From NCBI GenBank assembly GCA_046563655.1, contig CM102286.1, positions 7,626,001 to 7,690,000 of the forward strand: 64,000 nt of DNA, given 5' to 3'. Below the pieces are notes generated by a model that was not told the origin of the DNA, did not search any database, and saw only the letters and a program-made list of their open reading frames with translations. This document shows, piece after piece, positions 51,801-64,000 of this stretch. The number at the start of each line of letters is the position of its first letter. Positions within the stretch are counted from its first letter, which is position 1. This stretch comes from Yuukianura sp. NJ FZ-2021. Lineage: Eukaryota. A program made the position numbers and the translations under genes.

Positions 51801-52824
51801 CCTGTTCTCTTGGTTCATCATAAATAATCATCGGATAGTCGCCTTCCTTATAAAATTGACGTTAAAATGGGCCTAAGCTATGAAAAACTTCCAATAAATT
51901 CGCTTAGTATTCCAAAAAAAGTCGCACTTTACAAAAATGCGTTTTGTAAAATGACAACAACAGGAACATTTCGTGAATTTTCGAAGAAAAACGCATTTTC
52001 AGAAAAGAACGGAATCCTATTTCTAAAATAGTCCTAAACAAATGAGTGCAGATTTAAAAAAAAATTGTACAAATATTCAGAGGACAAAAGCTTATATACA
52101 CATGTGTAATGCAGTTTTTTTTTTAATTTTTGCCTGTTTTTGATGAAAAAAAAATTTAATTGCTGTTTGTGTGTTCGTAAAAGATGAATAGATCTGGTTT
52201 CCTTTTTTTAATGTAAAAATCAAGTTTTCCATGTTTTCCTCAATCCACTTCTCTTTACTGCAAATCAGTTTAAGTGCGTTACCGTAAAAACCATGGTAAG
52301 GTAAGGCTAGATATGATATGGGAAAGTGCTCAGAATAAATTATCCGATGAGTTCATCTTCAAACTCAAAACTGATCTTCAAAAAAAACTTGATCTTGAGA
52401 GAGATTCAACATTTAAAAATGTTCGTAGGGAAAAGACGCCTCTGTTCCAACCCCTTTCCAATAATCGGTAGTGGTTAGGTTACTTTTAAAACGTTCAAAT
52501 TTTTTCTACGCTAAAACAACCTGGCACTCCATGTGGTCAAAAACTGTAACCATACACAACCACAAAATTAAGTGTAACCACTTCACAACATTTTAAAAAG
52601 TAGTAACCCTGTTCTTTTGCGCTTTAATTTTACCACAAAAATTTAAAACTCTGGCGTTAATAATTTTAAAAATAAAAAGATGTTTAGCACGAAATAAAAC
52701 GGTTGAATTGCCCTTAAATGTTCTAAAACGTGCCCATAAGCATAAAGCTATTTTTCTAAGGCAATATTGAAATTATTTTTGAATAAAATAATTAGTTAAC
52801 TTAATTAATTTCGTTTGGTTTACT

Positions 52825-55800
52825 TTAGTACTCACCTCCGTCCTGATCTGACGATTCTGGTGTCGGCGGCAACCGATTTTCCTTGTTCGGACTTCCAGTT
52901 TCGATCATGACTGGAGCCGTGGTGAAGGTGGCATTAGTTGAATTGCCGTAGTAGCCCATACCTACGTTGTAGGTGGTGGCTGAAAAGCCACCAGTGGTGG
53001 TCGGAGTGGCACAAAATGGCAAATAGGAATGATAGGTGGGGAAGCAGTGGACCACGTCGTGTCCCACCCCAGGGACTAACCCACCTCCACTCCCACTCCC
53101 ATCACTGTACAACGGAACCTCTCCCACCCGCTGCGTCTGCCCTTCCCAAATGGGGGACGGTGTCAGAGGACAAGTGAGGATCATACTGTCATCTCTACTG
53201 GAAACAAGTCCAGAGTCATCTCCAGACACTCCAAGTTTGTAGAGGCCTCTGGAACGAGGAGCATGGTAGGGGAACATGGTTGTCACTGCAGCCACGGTGG
53301 GATCGGCCCCACTTGAGTAGTGGCCACTACTAGGGGAGTATAGTCGTCTGGCAAGAACGCCGTCTGAGGTCAATGGTGTTGGAGACTGTGACCTTTCTAG
53401 GACAGTTTCAGAATTCGGTTTTTTCGATCTTTTTCTTCCCTTGGTGGGGCTGAGACTAAGTTGTGTTGAACTTGGGTATGAGCTTGGAAGGTTGGAATGT
53501 TGATGCTGATGCTTGGAAGTATTTTGTGACGTCGATACGGACGAGGACAGTGACCAAGTTTGTGGAGACGAAACGTCACTTCCGCGGTTAGTGTAACTGC
53601 TGCCTAAACTGTTGGTGGTGCTATGATAAGAAGGGTGGTAGTGGGTCCAATACGTTCCGGGATGAGGGTACCCAGCGGTGGGGGCCAAATGGAAGTCAAA
53701 CGGTGGCGCAGGGGATCCCGCCACACTAAAGTCTATCGGTGTTTCTTTTTTCGGTTGCACATTGGTCATGGATGATGCCATTTCATAAGATCTGTGATGA
53801 TAGCTGTATGGGTGTCCCAGGGTTCCGGTGTAGGGGGGCGCAGGGGTCATGAGGGGCGGTGACCCATAAGCACCGTTGGCCGAAGGTGAATCTGGTGATG
53901 ACTGGAGATGTCCAGTTTGAGGGGAAGTCGTTCCGTAGTTGAGTAACTGCTGCGGAGTTGGGAAGTATGCAGCCGCGGCGGCCAGTCGAGCTGCTGCTGC
54001 TGTAGCGGTGGTCGGTGAACCTACAGCGGCTTCCATGATGCTGCTTGGACTCCCTTCGGGGTATGCCAGCCCGTACTGCAGCTTCGTTTGAACTGTGTAG
54101 TAATGGTAAATCCAAGCGTTGGCTCTCATCACTGCGGCTTCTCGTTCGCTAAAACCAAAATCAAAATTTTTTATTCTTTAATTTTGTTTTTATATAAACA
54201 ATATTTCTGTAAAAAGATTTTTTTTTCCTCCATTTTTTTGCGTTGAGAGAAATTTCGCCGTCTAAAACACGAAATTGGCGTCGGGAGTTTTTTCTCTCCC
54301 GAAAGCATTTTTTGTATAACTAAAGTGCATTTTTGAGATGGGTTTTCAAATAAATTTTTAAAAACACTCGAGTATCCACTTCAATTGAAAATTCAACAGA
54401 AGCTGCTGGAGATTCATTTTGATACTTGAGCGGTAGGGAATTTGTGCTTAGAATAAACCATGAATTGGCACAAAATTGTGAATGAAACCCCTCTGAGATC
54501 ACACAAGGAGCATCTTGAACAATCGGATCCTCCAGTAGGACAGCATGGAGGTTTAAGCTGTTTACAAAAGCATAACTTCCAACTTATGCTTAAAATATCT
54601 CAGAAGAATCCATTCAAATGAAATTGAAAATGAAAAAAAAATCAAATTCTCTAAATGACCCTGCCTCAGTTGAAATTGTTTCACTTCGTCAATAATCTTT
54701 TGGCTTTCAAAGTTGCAACGCTCTGTTGAGCATCGTATTGAATTGTGAAGATTTCAATGCTTCAAAGAATATTGGTGAAAATGAAACAAAAACTGACCTT
54801 AGAACTTGGTTAGTGGCAACGATGACTGACTGTTGCTGAGATGGTTGGGCAGTGGTATTGGTTCCAGAGCTGGATTCTGGACTGTCCTTGACTTGAAGTA
54901 CACAGTGGACCCAAATCCAACCTCCACTTCGCTTTTGCATGCGCACGAGCAGAATGCAGGATTTTTCCTGCTCAGACTGACTAACTAAAAATCAACAAAA
55001 AATTCAATTTCAAAAAACCAATTTAAGAAAGGGAGAAAAATCGGTTCACACAAGTCACTTTTGTGGAAGGAAAAACGGACGCAAAAATATAATTCTCGAA
55101 AGAAAAAAAATACTGGGGAAAGTTGCACACGGATACAGTTTGAGTTTCAAAAAGTTCAAAACGTTTAGGTAGTTTTTGATATAATGTAAGAATTATAGTC
55201 AATTTGGACTGAAACTTTTTTTAGCATTTTTTTTGTTCATAAGTTAGCGTGGGAAACAGATTTTCATTGAACTTTTCGTTATGAATGGAGGTTGGTGTAC
55301 TTTCTCCGGACAAATTCCGTGTTCACGACGTATAAGTCGTGAGTGTTCGTGGCTAAGGTCATGGGCTCGTTAACTTTGGATCGTCACTGCCCGTGTGAAG
55401 TGCGCGTGAAGAAGGAAAGAATCAATTACTTAATCGATGTTTGCTTTGAGCCTCTCGCATGTAATTCCAGTGGATGAGTTCGTACCACGAAATCCCTCCG
55501 AGCTCTGAACGTGTGTAGCCCAAGTAGTACTCACCACTATTCAGAAAAAATAGAAAATAGAAACAGTCAATTAGTCAGGTCAAAACAGATCATTTCATAA
55601 AGGCAGACAGAGCCCTCAGGACAGATGAGTCAATTCGTGCAACACCTTCCAAAATTAATTGATTTTGGTCTTTCATTAAAATTTTTCCTGCTGTAACTCC
55701 CTACGCCTACTAAGAAACTGTTCGGTGGAAACATTACATTAATTTTAGTAAGTACTCAATAACGCGCAATCTCAAAATCTTTTTGAAATTTTGATTTCGG

Positions 55801-57252
55801 CAAATCAGAAAATGTTTCGGCATTTCAATTTTAAGCATTCGACTATAGCGTAGGCGACGCCTTTGATTGAGACGCAAAGATTCAAACGAAAAAAAAAGTT
55901 TTTAATTTACAACTAAAGTCTCGAGGCTGCCGCAGTTGGAGTTAAGTTAATCAAAGCGGCTTTTGACTTTGTGAAAAAAAGAAATCTGACACAGATTGGA
56001 TTTCTTGTTGCAAAGTGATGAATTTATTAATCTTGGAAGTGTCAAGTTGAGGCAGGGAGCTTGCCGAGATGGAGGCCTCTGCGACCTCTTCTAAACTAAA
56101 TCAGACCTCAGCACTTCCCTAACCACCATGGAATCCACACAAGGAAGACTAAAAATCCAGTTTTGAAGTGGGACTGAACGAGTCCATCACCAGGACAGCC
56201 CTTGGTTGCCCCACCAGTGAAATGTTAATAAGACTGTTCAAAAGTGAAGGATTTACTTGCGATCGATGTGCATAAATTTCATGTCCATGGCATGGACCGT
56301 TGTGAAGACGTTGGTGGCTCCTTGTACAACACATTCACGAGTCTCGGGCATTGCCACCGGAGTACAAGTTGCCACGAAAACTGGTTCATTTCGTGAGCAC
56401 AACGGAAGGTAGGATAAATAATGACCCTGGAGTAGCACCACCTAAAAGCAACATGCAAAAACAACGATGAATTTCAAATTGATTTTTACTGGATTTCTAA
56501 CTTTCATTTCATTCAATTAAATAATCACGTAAATTGCAATGCTTGGGTGGTGGTTCCCTCACATGAAATGTCATAATTTCTGTAACTTTCAAAAACTCTA
56601 TAGCATTTTCAACACTTTCTTTACCAATTTTCGAAAACATACTTTTTCGCCACATTGATCTTATTCATTTTTCTCCAAACAAAAGTGTAGTGTCAACTTT
56701 TTTTTAAAACACGCATAAATTTGGGGCTCGGTTTTGTAATTTGAAAATGACGCGTTATTTTTAAAATTGACGCTTCGGCATTGCATTTACGCATTTCTGA
56801 TATATGCTTTCAAAATTTGCAAAAAGGACGCAACTTTCTGATGTTTGGTATGTATTTTAAAGTTTCTTACTTTTTGATCACCGAAACGCATTTGTCTTCG
56901 GGCATTTCGTGACACATTCATACGACATAGAAACAGTCTCGTTTCATCTCCGGGTGAAGTTGGCGCGTTACTGTTTCTGAGTAGTTCGGCTTGCACTGTT
57001 CCATGGTCTGCTTTGTCAATGATATCTGCATAAAATTAAGAATATTTAAGAGTTAGTATTCAAAATTTTGAAAGTAGGATGACAAACTGCATCTGAATAG
57101 AACATTTTCAAGCTGGAAACTTTTTTGAAAAATAAATGGATCGGTTGACATCAGTATTGCCCGATATGTTTGTAGGGTTACATCATGTTAGTTTTTGATA
57201 TTTGAAAATGGACCTACCGTAGACAGAGTCGCCATGAATCAGCAGGTCCTCC
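52825..57252 (-). CDS. dysf: bHLH-PAS transcription factor dysfusion/NPAS4, 3' portion (5' exons not found in the window)
   Basis: EDLLIHGDSVY|DIIDKADH, RLFLCRMNVSRNARRQMRFGDQK, VVLLQGHY...EPVFVATCTP...TNVFTTVHAMDMKF, GEYYLGY...SWYELIHW, WIWVHCVLQVKD and ANAWIYHYY, followed by a P/S/Y-rich tail. Confidence 0.93.
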
Positions 57253-60200
57253 TGGGGAAAACAAAAGACAAAATGTTCCCATTATGAACTTTCATCTTTC
57301 GAACTGACTTGAGAGATGGAGATCATTGTGGAAACATATCCGTCGCTTGTCTATATTTTGATACCATCAAAAATCATCAATTTCTCAATGAGTCTCATCC
57401 ATTCCAATGTTTTAAACAGATTTGGTTCAAGCTATGGGGGTCCATCCGCACAGAGCCCTTAACAATAGAAAACCAAACAACCTCCACATATCAAATTGGC
57501 AAAGGAAAAAGACCTCTCTTCCAGGGGGACTATTAGTAAGCATTTAAAACAAGATTTTTTAAAAACGTACAAGGTGGAATTTTTAAAACAGTGTACGGAA
57601 CCTTGTTCAAACGCTGTGAGTTGGTCCAACTGACGCCGTGATGCAACCTAGGTGGTCAGCCATATCAGTGGTAGCTCACCATTAAGTAAAATGAAACAAG
57701 TACAAAAATCGAAAAATCTAAACGTTGAATAATCCAACAATGTTGTGTTTTCCACCCGAAACGTCAAAGGCATCATCTTTGTACGATTTTTGAAGTTTGA
57801 GACGCGTTTTGAAAAGCTTGTGGATAATAATTAAGTATTTGCAGAGTGACCAGGTTGAAGTGGCGTCCAACTTTGCAATTCTTTGTGAAGTAACACTATA
57901 GTAAAAAAAAAAGTGGAAGCTGGTGTGAATGGAGGGTACTTATGGTTGATTGACACTTTGGGATTGGAGATCAATAATCTTCTTATTTCTGATTTTAAGC
58001 TCCATTTCCACTTTACTTTGTGGTTTGTATGGTGACTAAAATACTGTTATTAATAGACCTTGGAGATCACTGGGATCTGTGCGTCCCTTCGTCTTGTTCT
58101 TTTGAGACGACGACGCACAGCAGGATCCCTAGACGTCATAGAAATAGCTGGCCCTCAGGAGACAATTTTTCATCTAACTTCAATCCCCTCTCCTCAAATA
58201 ATTAATCTACTTCGTGTTCAAATAGAATCAAATCCAAAATCAAACTCTCTTTGAAACCCTGGGAAAGTAGTCTACACTTCCAAACCATTGTTTTATCCCG
58301 TTTCTCTCCAATTCTTCAAAAAAAAATTAGAACAGCAAACTCAAAGAAAAGCAGTAAGAATTTTATAGCTGGAGACTTTCTTTCACGAGAACCACAGCTA
58401 AAAACTTTTTTCTCTCATTTTTAGTTTCTCACTTATCGTGATTAGTAATTTTAAAAAAAATTGTTTTTCACGTTAGATTTTACGATGGGCAAGAATTTAA
58501 CAGTAAGATTTACATGGTGTAAAGTTTTTTTGGCAGTTATACAGCGTGATGAAACAGGTTAGTTAAGTGATGAGAAAACGAGTTCAATCTGGACTTCAAT
58601 ATCTTGTTGAAGGGAACAAGTCAACGCCCTAGATGTAAATGTCACTTCGGATGTACTACGGAGAACATAAATATTAAACGCACCAGGGGTGGCTCTTAAG
58701 ATAATTTCAATCTCGGTCATTCTTAAGTCGGTGCGTCTTTACAAGGGGCGTAGGATGATCACTGCTAAATCAATTTCTGTTCATCTTGTTTGTTTAGCAT
58801 TTGCCGACTTTGATTTTGTTGTATCCACTACGACTCGGAGTGATCTCATGATTCCATGTGAAACTAATATTGTTTTACGATTCTATATGAGATCAGAGAC
58901 ACATCCCTGGCCATCAATCAACAATCAAGACCAAACGATTAATAAAAACCAAGCACATTTGATTACCTGTGCTAATTCAAGTACTTTAATTGGACAACTT
59001 GAACACATTTTTAACTTGTCCAATCGATATGATTTTTCAAAAGCTCATCGAAAATGCTGTGGAAATTGACCTAACATTTTCTTTTGTGAAATTATTTTTT
59101 TTATAGTTTTGCCAAATTACGGTAAGAAAAATTTCCAAAAATGAGTTACCAATGAACTTTCGAAAAGGAATGTTGGAAAAAAGTTGAAAAGTGTCTCAAC
59201 TTATACAAGAACTGAGAGTAAAGATGGATGCAGAGGTTTGAATAATTGCGTTATTATTGTTATTCTTTGAAGACAAAGTTGTGTGCGCATGGAGGGAGAC
59301 GGATCCCCTCTGTTCCTTTGTGTCGGAAGACAAAGAGTGTCGCAGAGTCATGTTGAATTGTGGTAGCTCAGACTGTGGAGAGCGCAGGTCCATTAGGCCT
59401 TTGAATTATAAGTCTGGTGACGACTTGGTTGTTTGGAGCGAACTTTTGAAAAGTTTCTTTTCCCCGGGCAGCCTTTCGACCAACTTTAATTGAATCAATG
59501 GAGAAAAACTGTGGGGCTGCCATGGGTGTTGATATTGAATCTTCCCCCATTGTTAAGCTGGAAATTATGCCTTCACAACGTCCACACAAGAGCCACTGCA
59601 GTCCAAATCAGGCTCTTAGGAAAATGAGGAACAAAGGATTGACTTCTTGGCTCCTTAATTCAAATTTTTAAACAACAATACCAATTCCTAATGATTTTCA
59701 CACTCTCCTCAGGAGGAGAGCCCTTCTGCAGAAAAAAAAACTGACGAGTTTCCCAGACTTATAATTTGGACTTCAAAACAAAAGGGCTTCATTCACACGA
59801 CGAAAGGCTCTTTAAAAGAATGAAATATTCACACAAGTACCCCCCACATTGACCATAATTGATCTCCAATGAAAAAAAAAATTTTTTTTTGAAAAACTTA
59901 AATTATACTGTTAGTCAGAAAAATGCTGTCGGACGGACAGACAGACAAAGTCGTATCAATAGTTTTCGCTTCTCAAGAAAACTAAAAGTAAAAAAAATTG
60001 AAGATTGCAAAAAATTTCATTTTATAAAAAATGATTTTCATGTTTATGAAAATCGGTGTCGAGGTTTTTTGGTTGCTTAAATTTTGGGCGACAAAATTGG
60101 CCAAGATTAGGCATAGAATTTTGTAGACCAATTAAATGGCTTTGTTATGCAAGTCTCCCCCTTAAGTCTTTGAACTCCAATAGTACAGCAAGGGAAGAGA

Positions 60201-61937
60201 TACCTGCAGATCTCATAAATCTGAGGCGTACTTAAGGGCAGGAGGAAGATAGGGATCGAAGGCTGCTTAGAAATGAAGAATAATTACATGTCAAATACTT
60301 TTGAAATTTCCCAGATGGAGTTAATAATGATGATTAGCGTGGAAATCATATCAAATGAGTGGTGATCTGCACCATTCCCAGTTTCCATATCACTGCAATG
60401 TCTTGAGGTTACAATTGGTCATATAGCACCATACTACAAATAACTATTCAAATCCAGCTGTAATTGTAGCTTGACGGAGTGGAATTCTTTTTAAGAGGGC
60501 AAAGGTCATTGGTGGATGAGCTTCGTCGTGATCAATTGAGACCCAAAGATATCATCTCTTCCACCACCGGTGGAATATGAAAGGCACAAAACAAGTTGTG
60601 TATTGGAGATGCAGTGGAAGATGAAGTCAGTGATCTGATCAGTGATCACTGACTGCACAAACTGCTTGAATTTGGCATCAATAGGAACAATACTCAAGTG
60701 CAACGCTCAAGGTAGAATCCCAGACGAACCGAAAGCATAATGGTCCAATACCTAATCTTTTGTTTTCGTATCTCCATCTTGCATCTCTGTGTTCCATTAA
60801 CTTATGGAATCACTTGTAACGTTGCTTATTACGAACAATTATAAATTTGAAACTTATGGAATGAAGAATTCGGTCATTGTGGACCAAATCGCATCGCTCT
60901 TCATCTTGTCCGAAATGTCACGCTGAATATAAGTAAAGAACAATGAAGAACGAAACATGGAAAAAATACAGCAAGTGAAGTCTCCGTTTTTTTCATCTTT
61001 GCATCTTTTTTTCACAACGCATTCCAGAACGCATTAGTTGGAATTTTAAACTTGAAGAATACGAAGTTTGCTGTGCTGGCTTTGTATCTTTATATTTTTC
61101 CAACATAGAATAATTTTTTTTCGCCAAATTTTGAACTTTTCATACCAATTTTTGTGCACCAAAATTTCGCAACTACTAACTGTGGGTGTCGTACATGCTA
61201 CTAACTGCCTGGAACGCGGATGTTACACAGTGTTAATTGTTAAACGTGGGAGTTTATGGTGATCACAACAAGACACAACGTAGCGTAAAAGGAAATTGTT
61301 AAGTTATGAACTGGATAGAACGTAGGCCCCCTGGACATGAATCCATTGAGACGCATGATCCCTCGGGTCCTCGGAGTCAATGCCAGGAAATTAAAGGTTA
61401 GCCCATTGTTAGGGCCATCCATTATTATTGTTTCTCTGTGGCCAAATGATTGAAACCTCATGTCAAGTGCTAGGAGCACTTTGGATTAAGCGAACGGCTC
61501 GTTTATAATGGAAATCACCCTGTAATTAACACATCATCAACTCACACTTTCGCTAACTACGCCACAAACGGTGTTGTAAATCTTAGCCATTACAATAAAA
61601 ATGTAAGACAAATTGCTAAAAATGAAATACGCTTTTTAGAGACGTGTGACGCACTAAACATTTTTTACTGTGAATGTTGGAGGTGTAGCGTCTGTTGTAT
61701 ATTCTGAGCAATTGGTTGTTCATTTGACATAAATTTCATTTCTATGAATCTTTCCATAATTTAGCGAAGCAACACAACAAAAATGATTCGTCAATTTTTA
61801 TTTCACTCTTCTTTTTTTTGCAGTGATCGTCATGGAAACACGTCCTTTCCAAAAACTGTATGTTGAATCACATGCGTCTAGTTTCGAAATTGTTTTCCTA
61901 AAGTAATAAAAAGTTACAAACACAGAACAACGTCATC

Positions 61938-63035
61938 ATGGCGGAATGCTTGGAACTGGTGACGAAATACTTCCAGGAACCGACGGAGCTCAAAATGACT
62001 GAAAAGAAAAATTCAATTCGCAATGATTCGGAAAACACCGAAAACCAAAACGCCCAACGTCCGAGTTCCGCTGCGACAAAAACGTCGGCTCAAAAAATCC
62101 AAGTGCCAAGTCCCCTGTCCAAGACCCCTACGCAACAGGACGTGCTAGACTACATTCAGCGGGTCAATTTGTACATCAATCGTCTTGGTTACCACCATAA
62201 GGGTGAACCAGGAATCCGGGTCCTCACGCACCTTTCGTTCCGTCACCACATGGAAACGGCACGTCAAATCATCAAGGCCGGTGAAAATATCAAATGTCTC
62301 CATGCCATGCTTCTCGGAATCTACTTCACCAATTCTACTCCACTCGTCGAACGATTTCCAATCAACTTCAAGTCAAAGTTGAACGGAAAAGAGTATCGCC
62401 ATGTCGTTCTTGGAATTTATGCGTATGGTGCGTATGGAGCCTTAGGCCTTAGCCGTGATGCAGGACTCCAGGACAAACCGCCAACATTCTTACGACTCTC
62501 GGAACTGCTCAAGGATTTCGCTAGCTGCTACACTGCAAGCGGGCATACTTTGTTGGAAATCAAAGTTGGTGGAATCATTCCACGTGACACGACAACACAG
62601 CGTGGCATTCCTTGGCGAGTTGGCGTCCTGAGTATGAGCAAATTTCCGGATCTGAAGGGATTCGATACAGAAGCGGACAAGTTGGCACGGCTAGTCAAGG
62701 CCCAGATGAGTCAAACGAGCATTCGGCCTGCTCTTCGTTCAGCCTCAAAGCCCCCGTTGCCACCGGCACTTCCCAGCACAAGCGGATTGGCTCGTCAAGG
62801 TTTACGGCTGACGGTTGCTGGAAGTTCTGGAAAGCTCAAAGCAGTCACCTCCGCTGGTATCAAGAAGAAGTCAAAGTCCGACACAAAAATCGTTTTGATC
62901 CGACATGCTCCAACTTCATCAAAATTAACCTCAACCAGTTCAAATCGACGTCTTCACAAAACAACGTCTGGTACCAAAGGTGCCAAAGCAAAAAAGAAGA
63001 AGGTACCCAAGTACAAGCGGTTTGCGGAACCCTAA
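61938..63035 (+). CDS. VASH: Vasohibin-like tubulin tyrosine carboxypeptidase, single coding exon
   Basis: 365-aa ORF with IQRVNLYINRLGYHH, NIKCLHAMLLGIYFT, ERFPINFKS, YRHVVLGI, GALGLSR and LSELLKDFASCY...H: the vasohibin Cys-His-Ser catalytic motifs plus a basic C-terminal tail. Confidence 0.9.
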   Translation: MAECLELVTKYFQEPTELKMTEKKNSIRNDSENTENQNAQRPSSAATKTSAQKIQVPSPLSKTPTQQDVLDYIQRVNLYINRLGYHHKGEPGIRVLTHLSFRHHMETARQIIKAGENIKCLHAMLLGIYFTNSTPLVERFPINFKSKLNGKEYRHVVLGIYAYGAYGALGLSRDAGLQDKPPTFLRLSELLKDFASCYTASGHTLLEIKVGGIIPRDTTTQRGIPWRVGVLSMSKFPDLKGFDTEADKLARLVKAQMSQTSIRPALRSASKPPLPPALPSTSGLARQGLRLTVAGSSGKLKAVTSAGIKKKSKSDTKIVLIRHAPTSSKLTSTSSNRRLHKTTSGTKGAKAKKKKVPKYKRFAEP

Positions 63036-64000
63036 AAATTACTACTTTTCACACAAAAAAAAATCATTTACAAATTAAATCGACGAAGAGCGATGTAAAT
63101 GAAAATTTTCAAAACGTTTCAAATGTAGTCGAAAGCTTTAATAAATAAAATGCGCCAAAAACAGAACAAACTGAATCAAGTATTTTTTAGTATTTTTTGC
63201 GCCGACTTACCTAATTTTTATCCACAGACGCTTTGTACTTTCGATTTTTTTTTTAAATTTTGCTCGTTTCATTGATTTTTCTAAGACATAAGTCTTTGGG
63301 TATAAGAAATATTAAAATTATGGAATATGCATAAAGTTGCCTTTGCACAATGATGCAATGTTGAAAACAATATTGTTGTTCGTAGTAAAGTTGAAAATTA
63401 TGCCCAAGTCTTAATCATCCTCGGCCAAACCCAGACATTAATAATTTGTATTCTCCTCCCTCCCTGGATGATCTTTGGACCAAAACCTAACTTATTTCCA
63501 AGTGTGTAAATAAATTTATAATGGGGAGAGTAGAGGGTATTGGAAAGTGGCAGACTGGACCTAACTAAACTACATTTTCCATAAACCAAAGTTCAAATAT
63601 TGTTCACACACCCTTCCCTCTTACAAAAACTTGGAATTATAATGATTTGTGCACATGAAATCAACCTGTTCTTTCAGAATCTTTCCAACATCCATGGTTT
63701 CATAAGATGAGATGATGAAGGCTGGAAAGTTCAAGAGATCTATGGACTTTGAATTGTGAAGAAGTAGTTTTTCAGCAGAATCAAACTTTTGTTCAAACAA
63801 AACCCAAATTACGAAATTTCATCAGCATTCAGAGTTTCAGGATTTTGTCTAGCATCAGTTGAAACTTTTTTTCCACATTTTTTACATTTAAAAAAAATTA
63901 GAGCTAAAAGCACTTTACAAGGCCCTAATTTATGAATGAATTTTTTGTTAATCGTGGTGACAATTTCCTCTCGTCTTTTTCCTAATAATGCCCACCACAA

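Noticed and set aside
63809..64000. Minus-strand ORF with a CKKC motif at the window edge
   Set aside because: Truncated by the window and too short to assign to a gene or transposase.

Overview
AT-rich eukaryotic genomic DNA with compact genes and many ~60-70 bp GT-AG introns. It is most likely an arthropod, probably a basal hexapod such as a springtail (inferred from gene content and the divergent ionotropic-receptor style). Genes in order: hormone-sensitive lipase (+), a divergent pancreatic-lipase-family gene (-), cystathionine beta-synthase (+), an SLC25A45/48-like mitochondrial carrier (+), Beclin-1/Atg6 (+), NUDT14 (-), a divergent ionotropic receptor (+), pumilio (-), C12orf4/FERRY3 (-), TRMT61A (+), the 3' part of a dysfusion/NPAS4 bHLH-PAS gene (-), and an intronless vasohibin-like gene (+) apparently nested in the dysfusion intron. 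The standout is 7900-9029: a young, non-coding miniature LTR retrotransposon (TRIM) in tandem form, with 4 LTRs and 3 internal segments, a PBS, a purine-rich tract and one 4-bp ACGC target-site duplication. Each 165-bp LTR contains a tRNA-like cloverleaf with Pol III A/B boxes. Also present: a HINE/Helentron-like repeat carrying arrays of AGGTCA half-sites, a 44-bp minisatellite, several fold-back MITEs, and an internally deleted hAT transposon with an 8-bp TSD. Exon boundaries were read by eye and some gene ends are uncertain.
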